In this document: positions 40,029-50,172 of the stretch, piece by piece
Position numbering within the stretch: the stretch's first letter is position 1
How the letters are laid out: the number at the start of each line of letters is the position of its first letter
Assembly (NCBI GenBank): GCA_030745835.1
Contig: JASLNU010000108.1
Coordinates: 10,214-74,213, forward strand
DNA length: 64,000 nt
Reading direction: 5' to 3'
Source of the DNA: Rhodospirillales bacterium
GTDB lineage: Bacteria; Pseudomonadota; Alphaproteobacteria; Rhodospirillales; UBA2165
The notes under the pieces: model-generated
The model's input: only the letters and a program-made list of their open reading frames with translations
Told to the model about the DNA's origin: nothing
Database searches by the model: none
Made by a program: the position numbers and the translations under genes

Positions 40029-41225
40029 TTACCAGCCGGTCTTAAGCTTGACCGACTTTTCGCCGGTGGTTCCGACTCCCTTGACGCCCTCGAACACACC
40101 GTTCTGCCATTGGCCGACGGTCCAGAACACCGGATGATTCTGTTTGCGTAGGTCAACCTTGCCGATGATGGTATCGAAAGTGCGGGACTTGATGTACTTG
40201 GTCACCGCGCGGCGATCGAGACCCACCGCTTCGATGGATTCGCTAAGAAGCTGTGTCACCGCATAGTAAACGGGGCTGCCCCAGAAATCGGCGTCCACGC
40301 CGGTCACCTGCTTATGGGCCTTCATGTATTTTTTCACCGCGGGCGTATTGAGCACGCCGCCGGCGCCGAGGATATTTTCAGCCGATTTGCCGTACACCTT
40401 GCCAAATGCCGGAAAAGCGGTGGCGACGGCTGAATAATAGACCTTGACGTTGAGCCCTTCGATTTTGGCTTGCTTGGCAAGGCCGAAGCTGTCCGGCGGG
40501 TAGGACCAGGCAACGAAAGAATCAGGTTTGGCCGCCTTGGCCGCCTTGATCACCGGCGCCAGATCCTGGGTGCCCAGCGGGTAGGACTTGTCATAGACAA
40601 TGTTGAAGCCGAACTTCTTGAACACCGGGCGGGCCGCGTTGGCCAGTTCGATGCCGAAAGTGTCGCCCACATTGACCATGGAAACTCGGCTGTTGATTTT
40701 GCCATTCTTGCGCAGCTTATCCATAACCTCTGCCACCGAACGGGCGTAGGAGGTGGTGTCGCCGATAAAGAAGAAAATGGTCGGAAAGCGCTTGATCAAT
40801 TCGTTGATCTTGTCGGTAACGGCGGCCACGGCAAATTGCGGATAGCCGTATTTGGCGTAAATAGGCGCCGTCGCCAGGTTAAAGCCGGTGCCGTAGGGGG
40901 CCATGATGAAATCGGCCTTGTCCTGGGTGGCCAGGCGGTTGACCGCCTTGATGGTTTCGCCGGGGTTGGTGCGGTCGTCATATTCGATCAGCTTGATCTT
41001 CATCTTCCCCTTGCCCTTGACGTTGAGGCCGCCACGGGCGTTGACCTCATGCGCCCAGAGCTTGAAGTTGGGGAAGTGGGTGACGGCGGCGCCGCCGGCG
41101 AGCGGGCCGGTCTTCGGTCCAACGACGCCGATCTTGATTTCTTCGGCGGCTTCAGCGGGGCCAAAGCCGACGATCAAGGCCAGCGCGGTACCGGTGGCAA
41201 GTTGTAGAAAAGTGCGTTTTTGCAT
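40029..41225 (-). CDS. Branched-chain/aromatic ABC substrate-binding protein (LivK family)
   Basis: Signal peptide, IKIGVVG, NARGGL, YDDRT and APYGT. Confidence 0.9.
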   Translation of the reverse strand: MQKRTFLQLATGTALALIVGFGPAEAAEEIKIGVVGPKTGPLAGGAAVTHFPNFKLWAHEVNARGGLNVKGKGKMKIKLIEYDDRTNPGETIKAVNRLATQDKADFIMAPYGTGFNLATAPIYAKYGYPQFAVAAVTDKINELIKRFPTIFFFIGDTTSYARSVAEVMDKLRKNGKINSRVSMVNVGDTFGIELANAARPVFKKFGFNIVYDKSYPLGTQDLAPVIKAAKAAKPDSFVAWSYPPDSFGLAKQAKIEGLNVKVYYSAVATAFPAFGKVYGKSAENILGAGGVLNTPAVKKYMKAHKQVTGVDADFWGSPVYYAVTQLLSESIEAVGLDRRAVTKYIKSRTFDTIIGKVDLRKQNHPVFWTVGQWQNGVFEGVKGVGTTGEKSVKLKTGW

Positions 41226-41377
41226 GTGACTGCTCCCAATTGAGTGAAATGTGCGTCCCGGGTTTTCCGCGCCCGCATTATTATGTTGGGGAGGTTGCTC
41301 CCGTTGAATTCAGTTTTATTACATTTTGCTGCCTTTTAATCCAAGTCTTTATATGCGCCACGGCCATTGTTGATGGA

Positions 41378-42526
41378 CTAGCCTATATTGCGAAGCTCCT
41401 TGGCGCATTGAAATTCCGCGCCGGTGCGGAAGGGAAGATGGTGATCGTCCTTGGAAACCGGGGATACATCGTCGGCGATGCAGGTCCAGCCGGCGCCGCC
41501 ATCCTCGCTGATATAAACCTCGCCGGTCGCCGTGCCGATGCTGAGCATCATGCCGCCATCCCAGTGATATTGGCTCATCGCCTCGAAGGCACCGGCCACC
41601 GGGTCCGGCATCCCCGCCATCATTCCGGTCCAGCTGTCGCCCGCGTCGGTGCTGCGCAAGATTGAGGAATCGGCGATGCCGGTCTCATACCAGACGGCGG
41701 GATTTTTGTAGGAGCCGCCCATGAACAGGGTTTCGTGGTCGTTGGGATCAAAAAACAGGAAATCGGGATAACCCAGGCGGTCACCGCGCCGGGTCAGCTG
41801 GTCCCATGCGGTACCGCCATCGCGGCTCCGGTAAAGGCCCTCGCCGGTCGCCAGGAACATGTAATCGGGATCATTCTCGTCGATCAGAAGGCGGTGCAGG
41901 TCCCGGTAGGCCAACTCGTCAGGCTCGGAATAGCTGGCCAGCTCGGTCCAGCTCAGGCCGTCGTCGGTGGATTTGAAAAGGCCCCCCTGCTCGACCAGGA
42001 CAAACAACGTTTGCGGGTCATCGGGGTGGATCACGATGTCCTTCACATGCGGAATGTGCGGCGGCGGCGGAAAGGTCCATTTGTCGGTATCGGGCACATC
42101 CAGAAGGCTCGGGATTTCGCGCCAGCTTTCGCCCAGATCGTCGCTGCGGTAGAGCGCCGCCGGCGAGGTGCCGAGAAACAGGGTGACGTCATCGCCGATG
42201 CGCCGGGGGGTTAAGGAATAGACGTGCGGCCGGTCGAGCCCATTGCCTGTTTCCCGCCAGCTTTCGCCGGCGCCGTCGTCGCTGACCCAGATGCCGCCAT
42301 CGGCATGGGCGCCGGCGAACAGTTTCCCCGACCCGGCCTCGTAGACCAGCGAGCCCACATGGCGATGGCTCAGCGAGCGGCCGGCCAATTCCCAGTTGCC
42401 GCCGGGACCGTCGCGTTCGAGGCTGGCGACGCCTTCCAGGGTGGCCACCACGAGCTGCGTCGCCGGGCCGGCGCCTGAAGCCAGGTTAAGGCCGTTCGGA
42501 GACAGATAGCTAGTGGCCTGTATCAT
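41378..42526 (-). CDS. BNR/Asp-box beta-propeller protein
   Basis: Repeated SxDxGxxW boxes (SDDLGESW, STDDGLSW, SRDGGTAW, STDAGDSW, SEDGGAGW) and WTFPPPPHIPHV. Confidence 0.82.
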   Translation of the reverse strand: MIQATSYLSPNGLNLASGAGPATQLVVATLEGVASLERDGPGGNWELAGRSLSHRHVGSLVYEAGSGKLFAGAHADGGIWVSDDGAGESWRETGNGLDRPHVYSLTPRRIGDDVTLFLGTSPAALYRSDDLGESWREIPSLLDVPDTDKWTFPPPPHIPHVKDIVIHPDDPQTLFVLVEQGGLFKSTDDGLSWTELASYSEPDELAYRDLHRLLIDENDPDYMFLATGEGLYRSRDGGTAWDQLTRRGDRLGYPDFLFFDPNDHETLFMGGSYKNPAVWYETGIADSSILRSTDAGDSWTGMMAGMPDPVAGAFEAMSQYHWDGGMMLSIGTATGEVYISEDGGAGWTCIADDVSPVSKDDHHLPFRTGAEFQCAKELRNIG

Positions 42527-42761
42527 CTAATTTCCTCCCGTTTATCGCGCCCGGCCATCTTGTCTATGTCGGTTGCAGGCCGGATCGTTCTTCTATTGAG
42601 ATTGGCTCACAAATCCATGGGTCTTGTCAAATCGTAAGCGCCGGATTTCGAAAGCAATTGTCCGGCATCACAAATGCGCTGTATTATGGTGGGCAACATT
42701 GAATAAGACGCGCCGATCGCCCGGCGAAAGGTTTGAGCCGGAAGTCACGGGAGCAGTGGTT

Positions 42762-43682
42762 ATGGATATGTATGCGGGATGGCCGAGGAAGACGCGGGAA
42801 TATCAGATTTTCTGCATCGATTCGACCTACTGGAACGATTTCAAATTCCGCGACGATGACATCATCATCGCCACCTGGGCGAAATCGGGCACCACTTGGG
42901 TGCAGCAGATGGTCGCCCAGTTTATCTTCGATGGCCAGACCGACGGCCTGCCCATCGGCGACATGTCGCAATGGGTGGATTTCCGTCTGCCCCCGTGGGA
43001 GGTGAAAAAACCGATGATCGAGGCGCAAGAGCATCGCCGTTTCCTGAAAACGCACCTGCCGGTGGATGCCCTGGTCTTTTCGCCCAATGTCAAATACATC
43101 TACATCGCCCGCGACGGCCGCGATTGCGTCTGGAGCATGTACAATCACCACGTCAATCTGAACAATGTCCTTTACGATGGCCTGAACGCCCTGCCGGAGA
43201 AATTCGGCCCGATGATCGAGCCGCCGAGGACCGACGATCTCAGGGAATATTTCAACGACTGGCTGCGCGACGACGGTTTCCCGTTCTGGCCGTTCTGGGA
43301 AAACATCCGTACCTGGTGGGAAATCCGGCATCTGCCCAATATCCATTTCATCCACTACCAGAGCCTGAAGAACGATATGGAGCGGGAAATCCAAAAAATC
43401 GGCGAGTTTCTTGGCTACGACGTGGGCGGCATGACCAAGGGTAAGTGGGAGGAACTCGTCTACCATTGCACCTTCGATTACATGAAGAACAACGCCACCG
43501 CTTCGACGCCCTTGGGCGGCGCCCTTTGGGACGGCGGCGCCCAGGTGTTCGTCAACAAGGGCACCAACAAGCGCTGGACCGAAACCCTGACCGCCGAGGA
43601 TATCGAAGCCTACGAAAAACGCGCGCTTGAGGAATTGGGCCCCGAATGCGCCTATTGGCTGGCCACCGGCATCGGCGCCTGA
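42762..43682 (+). CDS. PAPS-dependent sulfotransferase (SULT-like)
   Basis: TWAKSGTTW (5'-PSB), KTHLP, ARDGRDCVWS (3'-PB) and NKGTNKRW. Start set at ATG 42762. Confidence 0.9.
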   Translation: MDMYAGWPRKTREYQIFCIDSTYWNDFKFRDDDIIIATWAKSGTTWVQQMVAQFIFDGQTDGLPIGDMSQWVDFRLPPWEVKKPMIEAQEHRRFLKTHLPVDALVFSPNVKYIYIARDGRDCVWSMYNHHVNLNNVLYDGLNALPEKFGPMIEPPRTDDLREYFNDWLRDDGFPFWPFWENIRTWWEIRHLPNIHFIHYQSLKNDMEREIQKIGEFLGYDVGGMTKGKWEELVYHCTFDYMKNNATASTPLGGALWDGGAQVFVNKGTNKRWTETLTAEDIEAYEKRALEELGPECAYWLATGIGA

Positions 43683-43725
43683 GCGCCGTATCCGGGTAAC
43701 CGGCGAAACAGGGAGACCAGCCGCA

Positions 43726-45222
43726 ATGGACGTGAATTTTATCGACACCACATTTCGTGACGGCTCGCAGAGCCTGTGGGCATCGGGCATGCGGGGCGGC
43801 ATGATGGAGGCCGTCGCCGAAGACATGGACCGGGCCGGCTTCTATGCCATCGAGGTTCCGGCCAACGCCATCTATTTCAAGAAATTCATCCGCGATCTCA
43901 AGGAAGACCCCTGGCGCCTGCTGGCATCGCTCGCCGAGAAAATCCGCAACACCAAAAAAAGCTGCATGGGCGGCACCTTCAATCTCAACATGTTCGGGCC
44001 ATCGACGCCGCCGGAACTGGGCAAGCTGTTCTATAAAATGCTGGCCGAGATGGGCGCCCTCGACCGCATACAGTCGATGAGCAACACCCACGATCAGATG
44101 ACGCGGGAATACCCGACGCTGGTGCCGATTATCAAAAGCCTCGGCATCGAGGTCGCGCTGGCCATCTGCTATTCCATTTCGCCGCGCCACACCGACCAGC
44201 ATTTCGCCCAAAAAACACGCCAGGCGGCGACCTTCGAGCCCGAAGTTATCTACCTTAAGGACGCGGGCGGGCTGCTCACCCCCGATCGCATCCGCACCCT
44301 GATCCCGATCATCGTCGAAAACGCCGGCGGCATTCCGGTCGAGCTGCATTCCCACTGCACCACCGGCCTGGCGCCGCTGGTCTATATGGAGGCCTTGAAA
44401 CTGGGCGTGCCGACCCTGCATACCGGCATACCGCCGCTGGCCGAAGGCTCGGCCCAGCCGTCGGTGCTGGCCGCCGCCCGCAACGCCCGGCTGATGGGCC
44501 ATAGCCATAATCTGGACGAAGACCTGCTGCAATCGGTATCCGAACGCCTGACCGCCATCGCCCACCAAGACAACCTGCCGGTCGGCGAGCCCACGCAATA
44601 TGACTACTGGCAGTACATCCATCAGATCCCGGGCGGCGTCATCTCCAACTTGAGGTTCCAGCTTGCCGGCATCAACATGGATGACCGCCTCGACGAGGTG
44701 ATCGAGGAAAGCGTGCGCATCCGCGAAGACCTCGGCTATCCGATGATGATCACCCCCCATTCCCAATATATGTGCACCCAGGCGGCGCTCAATGTGAGCA
44801 CCGGGGAACGCTACAAGATGGTGCTCGACGAATTGATCCGCTTCGCCCAGGGCGCCTATGGCGAGGATGCCGGCTATTTGGAAATGGACCCCGATTTGCG
44901 CGACAAATTGCTCGCCAACCCGCGCGCCGAGGATCTGGCGGGAATGTCCTCCGACCGCTTCGCCGATATGTCGCTGAAAGACGCCCGCGCCCTATTCGGC
45001 GGCGCCGGCGTTTCCGACGAAGAAATGCTGATGCGCGCCATCATGCAGGGCGATCAAGAAATCGAAGCCATGCGCGCCGCCGGTCCGGCACGGCAGTACC
45101 TCACCGCCGGCCAGCCGCTCAAAACCCTGATGCGGGAACTGGAAAAGCACAAAAGCGTCCGCTACATCCAGGTGCAGCGGGGAAGCGATTCGCTGATGCT
45201 GCGGAACGGAGCGGCGGGGTGA
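43726..45222 (+). CDS. Stand-alone pyruvate carboxylase B / oxaloacetate decarboxylase alpha-like carboxyltransferase (no biotin domain)
   Basis: DTTFRDGSQSL, YLKDAGGLL, LHSHCT, HQIPGG and GYPMMITPHSQ; GGGAG RBS before ATG 43726. Confidence 0.85.
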   Translation: MDVNFIDTTFRDGSQSLWASGMRGGMMEAVAEDMDRAGFYAIEVPANAIYFKKFIRDLKEDPWRLLASLAEKIRNTKKSCMGGTFNLNMFGPSTPPELGKLFYKMLAEMGALDRIQSMSNTHDQMTREYPTLVPIIKSLGIEVALAICYSISPRHTDQHFAQKTRQAATFEPEVIYLKDAGGLLTPDRIRTLIPIIVENAGGIPVELHSHCTTGLAPLVYMEALKLGVPTLHTGIPPLAEGSAQPSVLAAARNARLMGHSHNLDEDLLQSVSERLTAIAHQDNLPVGEPTQYDYWQYIHQIPGGVISNLRFQLAGINMDDRLDEVIEESVRIREDLGYPMMITPHSQYMCTQAALNVSTGERYKMVLDELIRFAQGAYGEDAGYLEMDPDLRDKLLANPRAEDLAGMSSDRFADMSLKDARALFGGAGVSDEEMLMRAIMQGDQEIEAMRAAGPARQYLTAGQPLKTLMRELEKHKSVRYIQVQRGSDSLMLRNGAAG

Positions 45223-45408
45223 ATGGATTTATCGGAGCGTTTTAGGGGGGTATCCGTAACTGTTCCCGTGTCGGGATCGAAGGCCTGCGCCACGAGCCAT
45301 TATTGGCGCGGGCGCCGTCGACGTCGGGGCACGAAGTCAAACCGACGCCCTCGGCGCCAACTTCAGCGTCTCGGTGACATCATCCGCCCGCCCGCTCAAC
45401 CGGGATAA

Positions 45409-46362
45409 TCAGCCCTCCTCCGGACCGAATTTTTGCGCAATCCTGGCGGCATCGGGCCTGGCGCCGGCCGGGCGCTTATCGAGCGCCTCCCTGATCGCCG
45501 CGAGATGGGCCGCCGTCGTGCCGCAGCAGCCGCCGATTATGCGCGCGCCGGCATCGCGCGCCAATTGGGCGTAATCGGCCATCACCGCCTCGGTGCCGTC
45601 ATATTGGATGCCGTTCGCGGTCAATTTGGGCACGCCGCAATTCCCCTTGGCGATGATGATTTCGCCGGCCTCCGCCGCTTCGGCCAGCTGTACGATGGTT
45701 GCGACCAATTGGCGTGGGTGGGAGCCGCAATTGGCACCGAAGGCGGCGGGCGGCTGGTCCATCGCGCGCGCCGCCTCGAGGGCGGCCTGGGGTTTGGTCC
45801 CCATCATCGTCCGCCCCTTGGTATCGAAGCTCATGGTCGCGACGAAGGGAAGCCCGGTGGCCGCCGCGCCCCGCGAGGCTGCCTCCATCTCCTCGATGGC
45901 CGACATGGTTTCGATCCACAGCATATCGGCGCCGCCATCGGCCAGGGCGGCGGCCTGCTCGGCATAGGCTTCTTCCGCCTCTTCGGCGGTGAGCGGGCCG
46001 ATCGGTTTGAGCAAAAAGCTGGTCGGTCCCAGGGAGCCGGCAACCAGGACCGGGCGGCCGGCGCCGTCGGCGGCGGCCCTGGCGAGACCGGCCGCGGCGC
46101 GATTGATCTCGCCGGTATCCTCGGCCAGCCCGTAGCGGTCGAGCGCGATCCGGCTGGCGCCGAAGCTGTTGGTCAGGATGATATCGGAGCCGGCCTCGAT
46201 AAAGGACTGGTGCAGGGCTGAGATGCGCCCGCCGTCGGCCAGGTTCCAGCCTTCCGGCGGCTCGCCGCGCTTGAGGCCCGCCGCGATCAGGTTGGAGCCT
46301 ATGGCGCCGTCGGCCAGCACCACATCCTTGTTATCGAGCATCGGTTGCAAACTCGTCGGCAA
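45409..46362 (-). CDS. Homocysteine S-methyltransferase (stand-alone MetH Hcy domain / Bmt-like)
   Basis: LADGAIG, TNSFG, VAGSLGP, IETMS, GANCG and IGGCCGTT Zn ligands; TTG start with an AAGGAG RBS. Confidence 0.88.
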   Translation of the reverse strand: MPTSLQPMLDNKDVVLADGAIGSNLIAAGLKRGEPPEGWNLADGGRISALHQSFIEAGSDIILTNSFGASRIALDRYGLAEDTGEINRAAAGLARAAADGAGRPVLVAGSLGPTSFLLKPIGPLTAEEAEEAYAEQAAALADGGADMLWIETMSAIEEMEAASRGAAATGLPFVATMSFDTKGRTMMGTKPQAALEAARAMDQPPAAFGANCGSHPRQLVATIVQLAEAAEAGEIIIAKGNCGVPKLTANGIQYDGTEAVMADYAQLARDAGARIIGGCCGTTAAHLAAIREALDKRPAGARPDAARIAQKFGPEEG

Positions 46363-46618
46363 GGTGTCGCTCTCCTTATTCGCCTGCGGCTGGGGGCGTG
46401 CGCTGGGATGGTCATAGCCGGGGCGCGGGCGGAAATCAATGGACTAACGCTTGATATCCGCCCGCTGTCTTCTGGCCGCCAATGATGTAGATTTTACCGC
46501 CGGCTGCCGCCGCCATGGCATGATTGAGGGGGCGCGGTAGCGCTGGCGGAGCGAACGCAACTGGGTTCGCGTGATTGGACGCGATTCGCCCGAGACCGGG
46601 AATTGGCTGATTTTACAA

Positions 46619-48354
46619 CTAATCTCCGGTTAGCGGCCAGCCATCGGTATTCGGCATCCACGATCCCTGAACCAACGGCCAATCGATCTCGGAAACGGGA
46701 GGCGCCACCGATTTGATTTCAGCCGCGTCGGGTATCACCGGAAGCAGGAGATGCGAGCTGTGCTCGGCGTCGTGATGAACGGAATTTTCCACCGGCCAGG
46801 GCAGCAGTTGGACGTCGATCTGGCGTTGCGGATTTCCATATTGGATGTCCTCGCTGGCAATCTCGAGGCGCAGCCGGTGGCCCGCCGGCAAGGTATGGAA
46901 AATGGGCCGCAGTTCGATCTGGAATTCATAAATGACGCCCGGTTCCAGCAGGTCCATCCGTTCGAAGGGATGAAACGGCTGCCCGGGATTGGATCGCGCG
47001 GCATCTACCTCGCGGAACGACGCCTTGAGGACGCCGCGGCTTAGCGGGCGGACCGCGGCGTCCGGCAAAATAGCCGTTAATTTAATGTGCCAGGCGGTAT
47101 CGATTTCGGTCGATGACGCGTAAAGGACCAGGCTGAGCGGACCCCAGATCCTCAAATCCGCCTCCAAGGGCGGTGTGACATAGGCGAGCACCGGTTCACC
47201 AGAGACCAATTGGGCATAAGAATCGGGCATCCGATAGCTGTCCGGTTGCTCGTCTCCGGGCGCCTCCTCATGCAGTTGACCCGAGGCCGGACCGGTTGCC
47301 GCACCGGCGCGCAGAAAATATTTTTTCCATTGAGTGCGGGCGAGCGGATATTCGTTTTCATATCGCCACCGCCGGGTGCCCGAATCGAAGATCGCCACCT
47401 CGGGTTCGTCCATGATACCGGTGTCGATACCCTTCAGCCAATGGTCGAACCAGCGCAGCATTTGGCGGTTCAGCGGCCGGTTCGTTAAATAGCGCAGATG
47501 CGACCAAAATCCCGTCGGCGGCACCACCATCAGCTTTTTGGGGGCGTCAATGCGCGGGTAACCCCAGAGCTGGCCACGGAAATGCATGGCGCCGCCCTGC
47601 GGGCAAATGGCCATCGTCGGGGTCTTGATCCGATCCAGTTTGGTCCACGCCGAGCGCTCCCGGTACCAGGCGCCGTCATGGGGATGGGTGGCGACTTCGT
47701 AGTGCAGATTGATCGGCGGCAGCTTGCCCTCGACCCGCCCCGGCCAGGCCGTCTGGGAGGTGATGTATTGGGCCCAATTGCCCAGGAATTGATGCTGAAA
47801 AATACCGCCTTGATAACAGACGTCGCGGTAAAGATCGGTGGTGCCGTCACATTGACAGATGCATTTGAGATGCGGCGGCTGAGCGATGGCGGCGGCGTAT
47901 TGCGACCAGCTCCAATAAGAATCTCCGATCATGCCCACATTACCTGTGCACCAGGGCTGGGCGGCGATCCACTCGATCAAATCGTAGCCGTCGGTCCGTT
48001 CCCTTTCGTCGAGCCAGCGCCATTGTCCTTCGGACAGCCCGCCACCCCGGCCTTGGGCAATAACGTGAACGTAGCCCTTGGCACGTAAAACGAGGTGGCG
48101 CCGGATTCGATGGCGTGGCTCCAATGCGGCGGCTTGCGCTGGATATCCTGCATGTAGGGCGCCAGCGAGAGCAGCGCCGGGTAACTTCCCTCCGCTTCGG
48201 GCCGGTATACATCCACCGCCAGCCGCACGCCGTCGCGCATGGTGACATAGATGTTGGCGTCAAGCCTGGCGCCTTCGGGCGGCTGCGGCGGGCTCACCAG
48301 TTCCTTGGGGTAGATGAGATCGACCGCCGGCTTTGAATTCCCGTCATCTGCCAT
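46619..48354 (-). pseudogene. CocE/NonD family hydrolase split by a 1-nt frameshift
   Basis: The N-part (MRDGVRLAVDVYRP) and C-part (KGYVHVIAQGRG, GMIGDSYW) are in different frames. The minus strand reads GTG CC AAG GGC TAC at 48080-48081, one base short of VPKGY. Confidence 0.85.
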
Positions 48355-48456
48355 TGCTTGCACCTCGGATTCTGGCGCCGATAATACCGGCGCCATGCCC
48401 GGATTTCCGGTAGTATCGGTTATTGGAAATTATACTTGGCATCCAGGACAAAGGCG

Positions 48457-50070
48457 ATGATCGAAGCAACGGTCGATCCGGCAAGCGTCTCCCAACCCGA
48501 ATTCGGGTTGATCGTCGAAAAGGACATCGATATGTCGGCGCGCGACGGCCTCTGCCTGAAATGCGACATCTTCAGGCCCGACGGCGACGGCCGCTTTCCG
48601 GTCATCATGACGCTCGGCCCTTATCCCAAGGGAGACCATATCGACTATGGCGATCGGGCCGAGGAATCGGGTCCCTACATGCATTGGGAATCGGCCAACC
48701 CGGAATGGTGGGTGCCGCGCGGCTATGTGCAGATCAGGGTGGATGCCCGGGGATCCGGCGCCTCGCCCGGATATTGCGACATTTTGTCCCGCCAGGAGAC
48801 GGAGGATTATTACGATTGCATCGAATGGGCGGCGGTTCAGTCTTGGTGCAACGGCAATGTCGGGCTGATGGGAATATCCTACTTTGCCGTCAATCAGTGG
48901 AACGTCGCCGCTATGCAGCCGCCGCATTTGAAAGCGATGATCCCCTGGGAAGGATGGGGGGACCTGTATCGCGACGCCTGCTACCATGGCGGCATATTCA
49001 GCGACGGCTTTTTCGGCACCTGGTACTGGCCGCGGGTGGTGGAGAGAACGCTCGGCGAAAACCCGGAAAATTGGCAGCAGCAATTCCTGCCTTTCTACGA
49101 CATCATTCAGGAGATCGGTCTCGACGACGATTTTTACCGGGAAAGGAGCGTTGATTGGGACCAAGTGCAAACACCGTTCCTCAGCGCCGGAAACTGGGGA
49201 AACCGCGAATTGCACCTGCGCGGCAACACCGAAGGATACTTTCGCGCCGCCGCGGCGGACAAGCGGCTGCGGATCCATACCGGAACGCATATCGCGCCCT
49301 TCTACCGCCTTGAAGGCCGGCTCGATCAGATGCGCTATTTCGACTATTGGCTCAAGGGTATAGATAACGGTCTTGATCAGGATCCGCCGGTGAAACTGGC
49401 CATCCGGACATCGGCCGATGAGGAGCAATGGCGGTTCGAGAACGAATGGCCGCTGGCCAGGACCCGGTGGACCAAATTATTCCTCGATGGCCGGGGTGGC
49501 GGCCGGTTGGCCGATAAGGCGGCGGCGGACAGCGGTTCCGTTACCTATTCGGCTGCCGGGCCGCGTGGCGATGAATTCAGGGGCGCCAGGTTCCACACCG
49601 AGGCGATGTCCGGCGACGTCGAAATCACCGGCCCGGTGAGCCTGGTTCTGTGGGTGTCTTCGTCAACCGAGGATATGGATATCTTCGCCAGCCTCCACAA
49701 TATCGATCCCGACGGCCGCGAAATCAGTTTCCCCAATGGCATGCACGAACCCGCCCCGGTGTCGAAAGGTTGGCTGCGCTTGTCCCATAGGAAGCTCGAT
49801 GCGGAACTGTCGGAGCCCTGGCGGCCTTACCACGCGCATGATGAGGTTCAACCACTGTCCCCCGGCGAGGTCGTCAAGGCAGAAGTCGAAATCCTGCCGA
49901 TGAGCAATATCCTCAAAAAGGGCCACCGGCTCAGATTGGATATCCAGCCATGGGATGACAGCCATCAAACCCGGTATTCACATGACAATTCGGCTCGCTG
50001 GCGCGGCGAGAACACGGTTTATTTCGGCGGCCCCACCGCGTCCTGTCTGTTGTTGCCGTTTATCCCTTGA
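48457..50070 (+). CDS. CocE/NonD family serine hydrolase
   Basis: RDGLCLKCDIFRP, VDARG, GLMGISYF, DLYRD and a C-terminal PepX_C-like domain. The start may be 48436. Confidence 0.9.
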   Translation: MIEATVDPASVSQPEFGLIVEKDIDMSARDGLCLKCDIFRPDGDGRFPVIMTLGPYPKGDHIDYGDRAEESGPYMHWESANPEWWVPRGYVQIRVDARGSGASPGYCDILSRQETEDYYDCIEWAAVQSWCNGNVGLMGISYFAVNQWNVAAMQPPHLKAMIPWEGWGDLYRDACYHGGIFSDGFFGTWYWPRVVERTLGENPENWQQQFLPFYDIIQEIGLDDDFYRERSVDWDQVQTPFLSAGNWGNRELHLRGNTEGYFRAAAADKRLRIHTGTHIAPFYRLEGRLDQMRYFDYWLKGIDNGLDQDPPVKLAIRTSADEEQWRFENEWPLARTRWTKLFLDGRGGGRLADKAAADSGSVTYSAAGPRGDEFRGARFHTEAMSGDVEITGPVSLVLWVSSSTEDMDIFASLHNIDPDGREISFPNGMHEPAPVSKGWLRLSHRKLDAELSEPWRPYHAHDEVQPLSPGEVVKAEVEILPMSNILKKGHRLRLDIQPWDDSHQTRYSHDNSARWRGENTVYFGGPTASCLLLPFIP

Positions 50071-50172
50071 CCGACCCGGAGGCATTGCCGGAACATGCAG
50101 AACTGCTGGATTCTGAAAGAAGACCGGGGTCGGGCAAATTAATTTGACCACCAAATCGGCGAGGGGGAAAAG

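Noticed and set aside
46400-46470. SAM or cobalamin riboswitch upstream of the homocysteine methyltransferase
   Set aside because: There is a hairpin (GCGGGCGGA...TCCGCCCGC), but I could not find the conserved SAM-II, SAM-SAH or B12-box sequences.
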